Shown: positions 1 through 11,226 of the stretch, in pieces
Layout: every line of letters starts with the position of its first letter
How positions within the stretch are numbered: the first letter of the stretch is position 1
Assembly (NCBI GenBank): GCA_965205015.1
Contig: OZ242029.1
Location: 4,896,001-4,960,000 of the forward strand
DNA length: 64,000 nt
DNA from: Candidatus Poribacteria bacterium
GTDB lineage: Bacteria; Poribacteria; WGA-4E; WGA-3G
Reading direction: 5' to 3'
Program-made: the position numbers and the translations under genes
Notes under the pieces: model-generated
The model's database searches: none
The model's input: only the letters and a program-made list of their open reading frames with translations
What the model was told of the DNA's origin: nothing

Positions 1-1
1 C

Positions 2-391
2 CTCAATGAAGGTCAAGCTGGCGACAACCTCGGTGCGCTCTTACGGGGTGTTGAACGCGATGAAGTCGAACGCGGACAAGTTTTGGCGGTCCCTGGGACA
101 GTTACCCCACATACCGAATTTGAAGCTGAAGCCTACATCCTCACAAAAGATGAAGGCGGACGCTGGAATCCATTCTTTAGTGGATACAGACCGCAGTTCT
201 ATTTCCGTACAACCGACGTAACCGGAGAGATGAATCTCCCAGAAGGCATCGAAATGATTATGCCTGGCGACAACGCACAGATCACCGTAAAACTTTCTAA
301 ACCGATCGCAATGGAAGAACAACTTCGATTCGCAATCCGTGAAGGTGGACAGACAGTCGGTGCCGGTGTTGTTTCCAAAATTCTTGAATAA
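2..391 (+). CDS. tuf: Elongation factor Tu, C-terminal part (5' end outside window)
   Basis: Frame open from base 2: [29 protein letters not shown]...[14 protein letters not shown]...[16 protein letters not shown]. Confidence 0.97.
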   Translation, partial: LNEGQAGDNLGALLRGVERDEVERGQVLAVPGTVTPHTEFEAEAYILTKDEGGRWNPFFSGYRPQFYFRTTDVTGEMNLPEGIEMIMPGDNAQITVKLSKPIAMEEQLRFAIREGGQTVGAGVVSKILE

Positions 392-398
392 AACGATT

Positions 399-425
399 GG
401 GCGGTGCTGATGCACCGCCCTTTTT
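399..425 (+). terminator. Rho-independent terminator after tuf
   Basis: 9-bp stem GGGCGGTGC/GCACCGCCC followed by TTTTT. Confidence 0.8.
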
Positions 426-508
426 AAGTAATCAACACAGAGGATTCTTTACAGCAGCAAGATGTAATCTAATACGGTCGCTCTGGTTGATGAAGGCGAT
501 ACCAAAAG

Positions 509-820
509 ATGGATAATCAAAAAATTCGCATCCGGCTCAAGGCATTTGACTATCGGTTGTTAGACTTGTCGTCAAAGCAGATAGCAGACACTGCGAAACG
601 TACAGGGGCAGCTGTTTCCGGTCCAATTCCATTGCCGACGAAAAAGCATATCTATACCGTTCAACGTTCTACGTTTAAAGATAAGAAGTCGCGTGAACAA
701 TTTGAGATGCGGATTCATAAACGTCTGCTGGATATCTTAGAGACGACACCTAAAACTGTTGATGCCTTGATGCGCTTGGACCTGCCTGCAGGTGTCGATG
801 TCAAAATTACGCTTCTATAG
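509..820 (+). CDS. rpsJ: 30S ribosomal protein S10
   Basis: [10 protein letters not shown]...GPIPLPT...[14 protein letters not shown]. Confidence 0.98.
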   Translation: MDNQKIRIRLKAFDYRLLDLSSKQIADTAKRTGAAVSGPIPLPTKKHIYTVQRSTFKDKKSREQFEMRIHKRLLDILETTPKTVDALMRLDLPAGVDVKITLL

Positions 821-840
821 AAGCGGTCAGCAATCAGCCT

Positions 841-1027
841 GTAGGGGCAGGTCTTGTACCTGCCCAAAGGGGCAACCACCACAAGGGACGGGCAACCACA
901 AGAGACGGGCAACCACAAGGATTGCCCCTACGCGACGGGCAACCACAAGGGACGGGCAACCACAAGGGACGGGCAACCACAAGGGATTGCCCCCACACGA
1001 CGGGCAACCACAAGGGATTGCCCCTAC
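841..1027. repeat. REP-like array (GACGGGCAACCACAAGG units, ending ATTGCCCCTAC)
   Basis: Starts GTAGGGGCAGG; about 7 GGGCAACCAC(AAG) units; GCCCCTAC ends. Confidence 0.85.
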
Positions 1028-1094
1028 TGGCTGTAAGGGTTTTCGTAGAAAACCTGCCCTGACGGCTGATGGGTATTAAAAAAGGCGAAAGAAA

Positions 1095-1730
1095 ATGGTT
1101 AATGGAATTATCGGTCGCAAAGTCGGCATGACACAAGTCTTTGAGGACTCAGGTAAAGCGGTGCCTGTTACCGTCATCCAAGCAGGTCCCTGCCCCATTG
1201 TCCAACTCAAAACACAAGAAAAAGATGGATATCAGGCAGTTCAATTGGGTTTCGGAGAGCAGAAAGAGAGTCGCATAAATAGTCCTAAACGCGGGCACTT
1301 TGCCAAAGCAGGCGTTGACCCGGCATTTGTGCTTCGGGAATTTCGAGTCCAGAGCCTTGAGGACGTGTCTGTAGGAAGTATCGTCGATGCAAGCGTCTTT
1401 TCAGCGGGTGAACGCGTTGACGTGACAGGTACCTCAAAGGGACGTGGTTTCTCCGGTGTCGTGAGACGTTGGAACTTCGCTGGTGGTAAGAAAACCCACG
1501 GCGGCGAGCAAGATTTGCGTCGTCCGGGTTCCATTGGCGCAAGCGCGACGCCTTCCCGAGTCTTTAAAGGAAAACGGATGGCGGGACGCCACGGTGCTAA
1601 ACGGCATACCGTCCAGAACTTACCCGTGATTCAAGCCGATCCTGAGCGCAATTTGTTGGTGGTCAAAGGAGCCGTTCCCGGACCCCCCAACGGGTTGTTG
1701 CTGATAAGAAAAGCATCTAAAGCTGAGTAG
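1095..1730 (+). CDS. rplC: 50S ribosomal protein L3
   Basis: [37 protein letters not shown]. Confidence 0.98.
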   Translation: MVNGIIGRKVGMTQVFEDSGKAVPVTVIQAGPCPIVQLKTQEKDGYQAVQLGFGEQKESRINSPKRGHFAKAGVDPAFVLREFRVQSLEDVSVGSIVDASVFSAGERVDVTGTSKGRGFSGVVRRWNFAGGKKTHGGEQDLRRPGSIGASATPSRVFKGKRMAGRHGAKRHTVQNLPVIQADPERNLLVVKGAVPGPPNGLLLIRKASKAE

Positions 1731-1843
1731 TTGTCGGTTGTCGGTTCGGTTTTTTCTAACGAAAAAACCTTTCAGTTGTCAGTAAGAAAAGAGGTTTCCT
1801 GTAACGCTGGCGTCTTAACTGAAAACTATTAAAAGAGGAAAAT

Positions 1844-2482
1844 ATGTCAACTTTAGACGTACACAACATATCCGGGGCAGTTCTCCGAGAAAAGGAATTA
1901 GCCGATACATTCATAGAGGCTGAAGTGAATGGTCATGTCATTCACCAATGCGTTGTTGCCTACCTCGCGAATCAGAGGCAAGGCACTGCCTCAACGAAAA
2001 CCCGGAGTGAAGTGAAAGGTAGCGGGAGAAAACTCTACCGCCAAAAAGGAACAGGTAGAGCGCGCGTCGGACACGCCAAGGCGCCAAATCGAGTACACGG
2101 CGGTGTAGCGTTCGGGCCGAAACCGCGGAGTTACCGGCAGGCTACCCCGAAACGGGTTCGCCACCTTGGACTTCACAGTGCACTCGCAGACAGGTTTCAG
2201 AACCAACAGTGCATTCTCGTTGAAGATTTCACACTTGAAAGACCCCGTACCAAAGACATAGTTAACATGCTAAAGGCGGTAAAGGTGGAAGGGAAAGTGC
2301 TGCTTGTTCTCGATGAACACAGCCCGAATATCAACCTCTCTGTCCGGAATATTCCACAAGTTAACAGCTGCACATGGAATCACCTCAACATCTATCAGGT
2401 GATGTGGCATGATACGCTGATAATTACCGAGAACGCCGCCGAGAAGTTAGAATCCAAATTCAGTTCAGATGCTGAAGGATAA
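1844..2482 (+). CDS. rplD: 50S ribosomal protein L4
   Basis: [13 protein letters not shown]...QKGTGRAR...[10 protein letters not shown]. Confidence 0.98.
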   Translation: MSTLDVHNISGAVLREKELADTFIEAEVNGHVIHQCVVAYLANQRQGTASTKTRSEVKGSGRKLYRQKGTGRARVGHAKAPNRVHGGVAFGPKPRSYRQATPKRVRHLGLHSALADRFQNQQCILVEDFTLERPRTKDIVNMLKAVKVEGKVLLVLDEHSPNINLSVRNIPQVNSCTWNHLNIYQVMWHDTLIITENAAEKLESKFSSDAEG

Positions 2483-2487
2483 AACTG

Positions 2488-2787
2488 ATGAAAGATGTAT
2501 ATCAGGTCATATTACAACCGCTGATAACGGAGAAGAGCACGATACTCCGTGAATCTAATAAGTACGCATTCGTTGTCGATCGTAACGCAACGAAACCCCA
2601 GATTCGTCGAGCCGCGGAAGAATTATTTGACATTGAAGGGGATATCCTTAAAGTTCGCACAATGCGCGTTCGTGGTAAGCCCAAAGGTAAAATGTTGCGG
2701 TATCAACGGGGCAGAAAACCACACTGGAAGAAAGCGATTATTACCCTGAGAGAAGGTGCGACGATCCAAGCGTTTGAAACCATATAG
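2488..2787 (+). CDS. rplW: 50S ribosomal protein L23
   Basis: PLITEKS, ATKPQI, WKKAIITL; operon position. Confidence 0.97.
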   Translation: MKDVYQVILQPLITEKSTILRESNKYAFVVDRNATKPQIRRAAEELFDIEGDILKVRTMRVRGKPKGKMLRYQRGRKPHWKKAIITLREGATIQAFETI

Positions 2788-2934
2788 GAATCGCATTGTC
2801 CCGCAAGCCCACACGCGGCTTGCGTCGCAATCAGCTATCAGCAAGAAGGTTTCCCGTATACCGCTGAACTTCTTGTAACTGAAGGTAGAAACCCCGTCCT
2901 GACGGCTGATAGTCACTAAAAAGAGGAAATCAGA

Positions 2935-3750
2935 GTGCCTAAAACTTACTCACCCATAACTCCAAGTCGCCGGTTCATGACTGGGTATACCTTTGAAGAG
3001 ATTACGCGGAGTAAACCAGAAAAATCTCTTGTCAAAGGCGCGAAACAGAAAGCCGGTCGAAACGCCCATGGTCGTTTAACCGTGAGACGCCGCGGTGGGG
3101 GACATAAGCGCAGATACCGGGTCATCGACTTCAAACGCGACAAGTTTGGCATTCCTGCCAAAGTTGCCGCAATTGAATATGATCCGAACCGGTCGGCGCA
3201 TATCGCCTTATTACACTACGTTGACGGCGAAAAACGTTACATTCTCGCCCCCGTCGGTGTTCAGGTTGGTGATATGCTACAGTCAGGCGAAGGTGCAGAA
3301 ATCCGTGCTGGCAACGCCTTACCTCTTGAGAAAATTCCCCTCGGCTCGTCAATCCATAATATAGAGATGCGTCCTGGGAAAGGTGGCCAACTCGTGCGGA
3401 GTGCTGGCGGTGCGGCACAGTTGGTCGACAGAGAAGGAAAGTACGCGCGTATTCGACTCCCCTCAGGTGAGATTCGTCTCGTCCCTGTGCAAGCCATGGC
3501 AACGCTCGGACAGATCGGGAACGTCAGCCAGATTGTTATCGGTAAAGCCGGACGCTCGAGATGGCTCGGAAAACGCCCGAAAGTTAGAGGCGTCGCTATG
3601 AATCCGATCGATCATCCGCATGGCGGTGGTGAAGGTAAAAGTTCCGGGGGTCGGCACCCCGTTACACCTTGGGGGGTCCCAACCAAAGGGTATAAGACCC
3701 GAAACCCGAAGAAGAAATCAAATCGGTACATCGTTGGGAAACGGAAATAG
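2935..3750 (+). CDS. rplB: 50S ribosomal protein L2
   Basis: [27 protein letters not shown]; GTG start. Confidence 0.98.
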   Translation: MPKTYSPITPSRRFMTGYTFEEITRSKPEKSLVKGAKQKAGRNAHGRLTVRRRGGGHKRRYRVIDFKRDKFGIPAKVAAIEYDPNRSAHIALLHYVDGEKRYILAPVGVQVGDMLQSGEGAEIRAGNALPLEKIPLGSSIHNIEMRPGKGGQLVRSAGGAAQLVDREGKYARIRLPSGEIRLVPVQAMATLGQIGNVSQIVIGKAGRSRWLGKRPKVRGVAMNPIDHPHGGGEGKSSGGRHPVTPWGVPTKGYKTRNPKKKSNRYIVGKRK

Positions 3751-3781
3751 TCTTTTTAATTATACCTTAAGGAGCAACACA

Positions 3782-4054
3782 ATGGCGCGTTCTCTCAAAA
3801 AGGGACCTTACATAGACCCGAAACTTGCTAAGAAGATAGCCGCTATGGAACGTTCTGGCAGTAAACGGGTGGTGCGGACCTGGTCCCGCCGTTCAATGAT
3901 TACCCCTGAGTTGGTCGGGCACACTTTGGCAATATACAACGGGAAAAAATTTTTCCCCGTGTATATAACCGAGAATATGGTAGGACACAAACTCGGAGAA
4001 TTTTCGCCGACTCGTACCTTCCGTGCACACTCAGGTGGTGGCGGTAGAAGATAA
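3782..4054 (+). CDS. rpsS: 30S ribosomal protein S19
   Basis: [10 protein letters not shown]...TWSRRS...[11 protein letters not shown]; AGGAG before ATG 3782. Confidence 0.97.
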   Translation: MARSLKKGPYIDPKLAKKIAAMERSGSKRVVRTWSRRSMITPELVGHTLAIYNGKKFFPVYITENMVGHKLGEFSPTRTFRAHSGGGGRR

Positions 4055-4180
4055 CTTTGTGATAGCTTTCATCGTCCACCGAGGCTCTCCGCAACTTCAT
4101 CTTTTTATCAGATGATGCGCTTGGATGCTTGGTCGTGAATCACAATGAAACCCGAAAATTGCTTTTATTAGGAGACACTG

Positions 4181-4534
4181 ATGGAAGCCAGATCTAAGAT
4201 TAGGAACGCGTCGGTTGCGCCGCGGAAAGCACGTTTAGTAGCCGATCTCGTCCGTAATCAGTACGTTGAGGATGCGTTAAGTCAGCTGCGCTTTACGCAT
4301 AAAGCCGCGTCCCCTATAATTTACAAACTCATTCAGTCAGCAACTGCGAACGCGCAATATCAAGACCCGAACATCGATGTCACAAACTTATATGTTAAAG
4401 AGATTCGGGTTGATGAAGGGATTACGCGGAAATGGATACGTCCCCGGGCACGAGGTATGGCGAACAGAATCCTAAAACGGAGCAGCCATATCACTGTCGT
4501 CGTTGATGAGGAGAGTGGTGAGAATGGTGAGTAA
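4181..4534 (+). CDS. rplV: 50S ribosomal protein L22
   Basis: PRKARLVAD, PRARGMA, KRSSHITVVV. Confidence 0.97.
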   Translation: MEARSKIRNASVAPRKARLVADLVRNQYVEDALSQLRFTHKAASPIIYKLIQSATANAQYQDPNIDVTNLYVKEIRVDEGITRKWIRPRARGMANRILKRSSHITVVVDEESGENGE

Positions 4535-4613
4535 CGCTGCGCACTTACAAAACACCAACAGCACTGCTTGCACGCTACGTCGCGAACGGGGAAGAGCGCG
4601 ATAGGAGGTTTGC

Positions 4614-5429
4614 GTGGGACAAAAAACTCACCCGCGTGGGTTACGCTTAGGAATCATTGAGACGTGGGATTCAAAGTGGTACAGCGAGCGGAATTATGCC
4701 AAATGGCTCCATGAAGATTTTAAAATTCAGAAGTTCGTCAAAGAGGAACTTGCGCGTGCCGGTATTTCGCGTGTTGAAGTGGAACGCGTAGCAGATCGTT
4801 GCAGCATTAACATCCATACAGCACGCCCAGGTATTGTGATCGGGCGTCGCGGGGCAGAAGCTGAAAAGCTACAAGCGAAGCTCGAAAAAGAGGTCGGCTG
4901 TCCTGTACGGATTAATGTTTCAGAGATTAGAGAACCAGAACTCGATGCCCAACTCGTATCAGAAGACGTCGCGACACAAATAGAGCGTCGCGCCGGTTTT
5001 AAACAAGCGATGCGCCGGAAAATCTCTGGTTCGATACAAGCTGGGGCACTGGGGGTCAAGATCATGGTGAGTGGTAGACTGGACGGCAAGGAAATCGCCC
5101 GCGCTGAATCCAGTATTGAGGGACGAGTCCCTCTTCACACCCTCAGAGCAAACGTTGACTACGGTTTTACGGAAGCAAATACAACTTATGGTAAAATCGG
5201 GGTCAAGACATGGATCTTCAAAGGCGAAATTATCGGGGTCCCTGATAATTTGAAGGGAGCCCCCTCCGTCCGCCGTCAATCCGGACGCCGTGAGGATACA
5301 GGTTCCCAACGTCCTGAACGCCGCCGCGGCGATAGACGTTCTGGCTCCCGGCAATCCGGGGAACAGGGCAGAGGAAGAGGTCGGCGCCGACAGCGGCGAA
5401 GCGACGGCGGTTCCAGAAGGGATTCATAA
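4614..5429 (+). CDS. rpsC: 30S ribosomal protein S3 (Arg/Gly-rich C-terminal tail)
   Basis: MGQKTHPRGLRLG, ARPGIVIG, GRVPLHTLRA. Confidence 0.98.
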   Translation: MGQKTHPRGLRLGIIETWDSKWYSERNYAKWLHEDFKIQKFVKEELARAGISRVEVERVADRCSINIHTARPGIVIGRRGAEAEKLQAKLEKEVGCPVRINVSEIREPELDAQLVSEDVATQIERRAGFKQAMRRKISGSIQAGALGVKIMVSGRLDGKEIARAESSIEGRVPLHTLRANVDYGFTEANTTYGKIGVKTWIFKGEIIGVPDNLKGAPSVRRQSGRREDTGSQRPERRRGDRRSGSRQSGEQGRGRGRRRQRRSDGGSRRDS

Positions 5430-5468
5430 CCACAGGACAGAGGTCAGATTTTTAAGGAGGCATTTAAG

Positions 5469-5882
5469 ATGTTAATGCCCAAACGTGTGATGCGCCGCTA
5501 CGTGCATCGCGGAAAACGCCGGGGAAAGCCGCTTCGAGGTTCACAGATTAACTTCGGTGAATACGGCTTGCAGGCAATGGAAGCTGGTTGGATTACCAGC
5601 AATCAGATTGAATCGGCACGTATCGCTATCACGCGATATGTACGCCGTGGTGGAAAACTGTGGATTAAAATCTTTCCACATAAACCGCTCAGTAAACAAC
5701 CTGCTGAAACGCGCATGGGTAAGGGTAAGAAGGGACCCCCTGAACACTGGGTCGCCGTTGTTAAACCCGGCAGAATTCTCTATGAACTCAGCGGCGTTTC
5801 ACTTGAAGATGCAAAAGGGGCGATGGAACGAGCCGCCCACAAATTGCCAATCAAAACTAAGTTCGTTGCACGGAATGCGTAA
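5469..5882 (+). CDS. rplP: 50S ribosomal protein L16
   Basis: [31 protein letters not shown]. Confidence 0.98.
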   Translation: MLMPKRVMRRYVHRGKRRGKPLRGSQINFGEYGLQAMEAGWITSNQIESARIAITRYVRRGGKLWIKIFPHKPLSKQPAETRMGKGKKGPPEHWVAVVKPGRILYELSGVSLEDAKGAMERAAHKLPIKTKFVARNA

Positions 5883-6007
5883 TTTTGTCTGCTTCTACAG
5901 ACATTGCACCTCGCTGGGGTGCTTAAAAGGAATTCCTTTGAAACTCTCCAGCGGAGCGTCCTGTCTATAGTATCCGGTTTTGACAACGCACATGGAGGTT
6001 CGGAAAA

Positions 6008-6196
6008 ATGAAAGCGGATGAACTACGAGGAAAAACGACCGAAGAATTGGAAGGTGAACTGGAAACTCTGAAAGAGAATCTGTTTAACCAGAAATTCCGC
6101 AGTATTTTAGGGCAACAAGAGGACACGACGACTATCGGTAAGATTCGGAAGGACATCGCCCGCGTGAAAACCGTCCTACGACTTCGTTCAGAATAG
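6008..6196 (+). CDS. rpmC: 50S ribosomal protein L29
   Basis: MKADELR...IRKDIARVKTVL. Confidence 0.95.
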   Translation: MKADELRGKTTEELEGELETLKENLFNQKFRSILGQQEDTTTIGKIRKDIARVKTVLRLRSE

Positions 6197-6326
6197 TCAT
6201 CACCCCTCAGCTGTCAGCAATCAGTAAAGAGGAAACCTTTGTGAAACGATCCGCTCTTAACTGACTGCTGAAAACCGACTGCTGATTGCTATTCATCATA
6301 AGTTTTGACTGGTTTGGAGGATAAAG

Positions 6327-6602
6327 TTGAGCGAGGAAAGACGAAGACATCGCAAATTTCGGACAGGACTTGTTACCAGTAACAGTATGGATAAAACTGT
6401 CACAGTGTCGCTTGTACGGCGCTTTCAACATCCGCTTTACAAAAAGGTAGTCCGGAAAACGAAAAAGATTCTGGCTCACGATGAACAGAACAATTGTAAC
6501 GTCGGTGACGTGGTGCAGGTTGTCGAAACCCGACCGCTGAGTCGTCATAAACGGTGGCAGGTCCAAGCGATCGTAAGCACAAGGCAGGTCACCAACGATT
6601 AA
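6327..6602 (+). CDS. rpsQ: 30S ribosomal protein S17
   Basis: [24 protein letters not shown]. Confidence 0.97.
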   Translation: MSEERRRHRKFRTGLVTSNSMDKTVTVSLVRRFQHPLYKKVVRKTKKILAHDEQNNCNVGDVVQVVETRPLSRHKRWQVQAIVSTRQVTND

Positions 6603-6760
6603 GAAGTGCCACCGACAGTGCGAGTGGTTTGTACTGCCCGATTTATAGGGCGCGAGACAGCGCACTATGGTTCGCAGGGCACTTGAGAAGAAAGGGTTTC
6701 ATCTTCACTCTGACGTTTCCAAAACACGCCGTTTTGAAGACGGTAGAGGAGAATACAAAA

Positions 6761-7129
6761 ATGGTTCAATCATATACTCGATTAACCTGTGCTGATAATA
6801 CCGGCGCAAGGAAGTTAATGTGCATTAGTGTGCTTGGCGGCACCCGTCGACGTTACGCGCGCGTAGGCGACGTAATTGTAGCAAGCATCAAGGAAGCTGT
6901 ACCCAATACGCAGGTAAAAGCCGGTGAAGTCGTTCGGGCAGTCGTCGTCCGCACGACGAAAGAATATCGACGCGCAGACGGTTCTTATATTAAGTTCGAT
7001 CAGAACGCTGCAGTTCTCATTGATCCGCAGAACCAACCGCGTGGCACTCGAATCTTTGGTCCCGTTGCACGTGAACTTAGAGAAAAGGCGTTCACCCGAA
7101 TTGTCTCGCTCGCACCCGAGGTTATTTAG
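6761..7129 (+). CDS. rplN: 50S ribosomal protein L14
   Basis: [26 protein letters not shown]; GAGGAG before ATG 6761. Confidence 0.98.
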   Translation: MVQSYTRLTCADNTGARKLMCISVLGGTRRRYARVGDVIVASIKEAVPNTQVKAGEVVRAVVVRTTKEYRRADGSYIKFDQNAAVLIDPQNQPRGTRIFGPVARELREKAFTRIVSLAPEVI

Positions 7130-7139
7130 GAGGACAATT

Positions 7140-7373
7140 GTGGCACAGCAAAAACTACATATCAAAAAGAACGACACCGTCGTCGTCCTGAGTGGGCAAG
7201 ATCGCGGTAAAGAAGGCGTCGTTTTAGAGGTGTTCCCAAAGAAACAGCGAGCAATCGTTGAAGGTATTCATATCGTTGTCCGTCATCTCCGCCCCAACCA
7301 AGCCGGACAAGGCGGTGTCGTTGAACGCGAGGGCACCATTCACATTTCTAACCTTAAAAAGATTGATGGCTAA
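7140..7373 (+). CDS. rplX: 50S ribosomal protein L24 (short, 77 aa)
   Basis: IKKNDTVVVLSGQDRGKEG (KOW), EGTIHISN; AGGAGG then GTG 7140. Confidence 0.93.
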   Translation: MAQQKLHIKKNDTVVVLSGQDRGKEGVVLEVFPKKQRAIVEGIHIVVRHLRPNQAGQGGVVEREGTIHISNLKKIDG

Positions 7374-7430
7374 GCGTCAATAGCCACAGCCATTCTACGG
7401 AATATGCAATCTCTATAGGATACAAGGCTT

Positions 7431-8003
7431 ATGAGTCCATTTAAAGAATTTTACCAAACGGAAGTGATGCCCGCACTGCAACAACATTTTAATTATCAAA
7501 ATGTGATGCAGATTCCAAAAGTGGACAAAATTACACTGAACATCGGTGTGGGTATAGCAGTTGAGAATCCAAGTGCATTGGAAGATGCCGTGGAAGAACT
7601 GACCCTTATTGCGGGGCAACGTGCGGTGATTACCCGTGCAAAAAAATCTATCTCTGCGTTCAAAATCAGGGGTCCATCAAAGTATGGCGTTTCAGGGCGC
7701 AGTCTCGGCATGGCGATCGGATGTAAGGTTACATTGCGGCAGGAAAGAATGTATGAATTTCTCAATCGCTTAATCAACATCGTGCTCCCGCAAATTCGGG
7801 ACTTCCGCGGTATATCCCCCGACGCTTTTGACGGTCGCGGCAACTATTCCCTGGGTCTCACGGAACAGTTAATTTTCCCCGAGATTGATTACGACAAGGT
7901 TAACGATATTCGCGGACTGAATGTATCCATTGTTACGACCGCCCCAACTGACGAAGAGGGCCGCGAGTTGCTCAGACTTTTAGGTATGCCCTTCCAAAAA
8001 TAG
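7431..8003 (+). CDS. rplE: 50S ribosomal protein L5
   Basis: [32 protein letters not shown]. Confidence 0.98.
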   Translation: MSPFKEFYQTEVMPALQQHFNYQNVMQIPKVDKITLNIGVGIAVENPSALEDAVEELTLIAGQRAVITRAKKSISAFKIRGPSKYGVSGRSLGMAIGCKVTLRQERMYEFLNRLINIVLPQIRDFRGISPDAFDGRGNYSLGLTEQLIFPEIDYDKVNDIRGLNVSIVTTAPTDEEGRELLRLLGMPFQK

Positions 8004-8127
8004 GTGAGGTCTTGCGCGAAACTTGCGGAAACAGATCTCAGCGGCACCCTTTACCAGCAACTCATCTTTAACATCCGTAGGCAACACCCGTAGGTATCAC
8101 GGGTCAGCAAGAAAAGGAGTATCCAAG

Positions 8128-8313
8128 TTGGCAAGTAAATCATGGATTGCCAAACAGAAAAGAACCGCGCGGTTCCGAACCCGAGAATACAGTCGTTGTA
8201 AAAGTTGCGGGAGGTCGCGTGGGTATCTTCGCAAGTTTGAGTTGTGTCGTATCTGTTTCCGACTCTATGCGCGCGCCGGTAAAATACCGGGTGTCCGAAA
8301 GGCGAGTTGGTAA
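8128..8313 (+). CDS. rpsN: 30S ribosomal protein S14, zinc-binding type
   Basis: RCKSCGR...LCRICFR...IPGVRKASW; AAGGAG then TTG 8128. Confidence 0.95.
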   Translation: MASKSWIAKQKRTARFRTREYSRCKSCGRSRGYLRKFELCRICFRLYARAGKIPGVRKASW

Positions 8314-8399
8314 AGGACTCGAGGCGTTGTCAGACGCTATAGAAACAGGGTAGATACAACGGCTATTCAAAATCGAGAACAAAATAAGGAGAATCTTTC

Positions 8400-8801
8400 A
8401 TGTCGATGACCGATCCGATTGCTGATATGCTAACACGTATCCGCAATGCCAATATGGCAGGACATGAACGCGTCGAAATCCCCTCTTCAAAAGTTAAATC
8501 TGAGATCGCACGCATCCTGGTAGAAGAAGGTTTCGTCAGAAATTATCGTCTAATCGAAGATGGAAAACAAGGGATTTTAAGAATTTACTTGAAATACGGA
8601 AACACGAAAAAAGAGAAGGTCATCACAAACCTAAGACGTATCAGCAAACCCGGCAGGCGGGTTTACGCCAAAGCCGATAGTTTGCCACAGGTTTACGGAG
8701 GACTTGGCGTCGCTATTTTGTCAACATCCAATGGACTTAAAACGACGCCAGAATGCCGCCAGGAGAAAATCGGTGGCGAAGTTCTTTGTTACGTCTGGTA
8801 A
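8400..8801 (+). CDS. rpsH: 30S ribosomal protein S8
   Basis: [34 protein letters not shown]. Confidence 0.98.
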   Translation: MSMTDPIADMLTRIRNANMAGHERVEIPSSKVKSEIARILVEEGFVRNYRLIEDGKQGILRIYLKYGNTKKEKVITNLRRISKPGRRVYAKADSLPQVYGGLGVAILSTSNGLKTTPECRQEKIGGEVLCYVW

Positions 8802-8883
8802 CACCTTGTTGATGACCCTCAACGCAGGAAGAAAAGATGAAATGTTTACATTTTCATTTTTGTCTCCTGACGGGAGAAACAGA

Positions 8884-9453
8884 ATGTCACGTATTGGACT
8901 AAAACCGATTCCAGTGCCCGACAAGGTGCAAATCGCTTTAAACAACAGTGACGTGCAGGTAGACGGACCGAAAGGAAGTCTCAATTGGAAACTTCCAGAA
9001 GGCATCAATGTAACGCTTGAGGCAAACGTCCTAACCGTCAAAAGAAAGAGTGAACTCAAACATTACAAAGCGCTGCACGGCTTGGCGCGTAGCCTTATCG
9101 CTAATATGGTTACCGGTGTTTCAGAGGGCTTTGAGAAAAAACTACGCGTCGTCGGTACGGGTTATCGTGCTGAGGTCAATCGTGAGAACAATTTGGTTCT
9201 TGATGTTGGCTATTCGCATTCCGTTACCTACGCCCCACCTGACGGAATAACACTGAGCGTTGAAGCGCCTGAAACAATAGACGGACAGGCACATACACCT
9301 GTTATTGTCAGTGGCATTGACAAACAACTGGTCGGACAAGTGGCCGCTTCTATTCGTCAAATTAAGAAACCGGAGATTTATAAGCCTTGTAAAGGTATCC
9401 GGTATGAGGGCGAGCGGGTCCGAGATAAAGAAGGAAAAGCGGCTGTTGGCTAA
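8884..9453 (+). CDS. rplF: 50S ribosomal protein L6
   Basis: MSRIGLKPI, GPKGSL, GIDKQLVGQVAA, KGIRY. Confidence 0.97.
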   Translation: MSRIGLKPIPVPDKVQIALNNSDVQVDGPKGSLNWKLPEGINVTLEANVLTVKRKSELKHYKALHGLARSLIANMVTGVSEGFEKKLRVVGTGYRAEVNRENNLVLDVGYSHSVTYAPPDGITLSVEAPETIDGQAHTPVIVSGIDKQLVGQVAASIRQIKKPEIYKPCKGIRYEGERVRDKEGKAAVG

Positions 9454-9513
9454 CGTCGTTAGATTTTGCGCGTTGGCAGATAGCAAGCGTGCTTATAGTG
9501 ATAAGGAGACCCC

Positions 9514-9882
9514 TTGGTACTTACAAAAAAGAAACGGATGATCCATTTACGGCGCCGCAAGCGAGTCCGCCAAAAAATTAGCGGCACCGAGGCTAGACCG
9601 AGACTCTCCGTTTTTCGAAGTTCAAAACATATCTATGCGCAGCTCATTAATGATGAACTTGGCGTGACGGTTGCTGAAGCCTCTACTTTATCTCCCGAAC
9701 TGAGAGAAAGTCTCTCAAATAGTGGAAACGTTAAGGCAGCGGAGAGCGTTGGCGCGCTTATCGCGCAAAAAGCCAAGCAGCAGGAGATTGAGGCAGTTGT
9801 CTTTGACCGGGGCGGGCATCTCTACCATGGGCGTATAAAAGCCCTTGCCGAAGCTGCGAAAGCGGAAGGATTAAAGTTCTAA
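9514..9882 (+). CDS. rplR: 50S ribosomal protein L18
   Basis: [28 protein letters not shown]. Confidence 0.97.
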   Translation: MVLTKKKRMIHLRRRKRVRQKISGTEARPRLSVFRSSKHIYAQLINDELGVTVAEASTLSPELRESLSNSGNVKAAESVGALIAQKAKQQEIEAVVFDRGGHLYHGRIKALAEAAKAEGLKF

Positions 9883-10074
9883 TCTTTTTAACGATTAAGT
9901 TTCTGCTCAGGGAAACACCCAAGCAATACGCAGAAACGCCCAAGCAAAAACACCCCTCCATTACATTTCGGGTAGGTTTTCAGGGCTTCCTGCATTTCTT
10001 TTTAGAAATGAACAGGAATTTCACCAGAAATCCTCACGAAGCGGAGGGAGGCCCAGGAGGCCACACCTCAAAAT

Positions 10075-10587
10075 ATGCTGAAAGATAAAATCAACCCTGA
10101 TGAACATGAATTTGAGGAACGCATGATTACCATTAACCGTGTGATGCGAGTTGGTAAGGGACGACGCACGCCCAGTTTTAACTCACTCACCGTTGTTGGA
10201 AATCGTGATGGTATTGTTGGTATCGGATTTGGTAGCGCGAGCGAAGTTGCTGGCGCGCTGCGAAAAAGCTTCGCAGATGCTCGAAAAAATCTGATTCGGG
10301 TTCCAATCACCAACGGTACGCTTCCACATGAGATCATCAGCGAATTTAAATCTGCCAAAGTCTTGCTAAAACCAGCAAGCCCCGGGACAGGTATTATCGC
10401 AGGACACGCAACGCGCGCCATCCTTGAATTCGCCGGCGTTCGAGACGCCCTCACAAAATGCCTTTCCTCTCGGAATGTGAAAAATATCGCTGAAGCTACC
10501 ATGCTTGGATTAAAGAACCTCAAAGACGTTAATGAAGTCGCTCGGTTACGAGATCTACCTGTCGAAAAACTGCTCAAGGAACGCTAA
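10075..10587 (+). CDS. rpsE: 30S ribosomal protein S5
   Basis: VVGNRDGIVGIGFG, LKPASPGTGIIAG. Confidence 0.96.
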   Translation: MLKDKINPDEHEFEERMITINRVMRVGKGRRTPSFNSLTVVGNRDGIVGIGFGSASEVAGALRKSFADARKNLIRVPITNGTLPHEIISEFKSAKVLLKPASPGTGIIAGHATRAILEFAGVRDALTKCLSSRNVKNIAEATMLGLKNLKDVNEVARLRDLPVEKLLKER

Positions 10588-10700
10588 ATTGGTTGTCAGT
10601 TATCAGTTAAGAGGGACGTTGGTTAAATTAGCACCCTCTTTAATGCATAACCGATAACTGAAAGCTGAAAACGATTCCATAAAAAATGGAGTAAATCCTG

Positions 10701-11177
10701 ATGAAATTGAACGAACTTAAACCGGCACCGGGCGCGAACCGCTCAAGAAAACGGGTAGGCAGAGGCAACGCTTCCGGCTGGGGCGGCACTTGTGGACGTG
10801 GACACAAAGGTCAAAAATCCCGATCTGGTGCTTCAATCCCCGCATGGTTTGAAGGTGGACAGATGCCACTCGTTCGACGGCTCCCCAAGCGAGGACCGCG
10901 GCGCACCGGACACAAACGATTGGAATACAACGTCATCAACGTCGAAACCCTCAACGCTTTTGAAGATGCCGCAGTTGTCAATCCTGAAGTCCTTCGCGAA
11001 GCAGGCATCATCAAACGGAAAAACGCTCTGATAAAGATACTCGGCGACGGTGAACTCGAAAAACAGTTGAAAGTCCAAGCACATCGCTTCTCAAAATCTG
11101 CGATCCAGAAGATTGAATCCAAAGGCGGCACAACCGAGGTCCTCGGGATGCATGCGAACACAAACGATCCTGCTTAA
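10701..11177 (+). CDS. rplO: 50S ribosomal protein L15
   Basis: RVGRG...GRGHKGQKSRSG, FEGGQMPLVRRLPKRG. Confidence 0.98.
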   Translation: MKLNELKPAPGANRSRKRVGRGNASGWGGTCGRGHKGQKSRSGASIPAWFEGGQMPLVRRLPKRGPRRTGHKRLEYNVINVETLNAFEDAAVVNPEVLREAGIIKRKNALIKILGDGELEKQLKVQAHRFSKSAIQKIESKGGTTEVLGMHANTNDPA

Positions 11178-11226
11178 GCATCGTAGGGGCTGGGGTACCC
11201 AGCCCGTACAGGAGGAAAAAAAATAA

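Noticed and set aside
841-1027. Possible CRISPR or small repetitive ORFs (792-1079, 834-1136, 854-1036)
   Set aside because: Irregular tandem units with no spacers; the ORFs are translations of the repeat.
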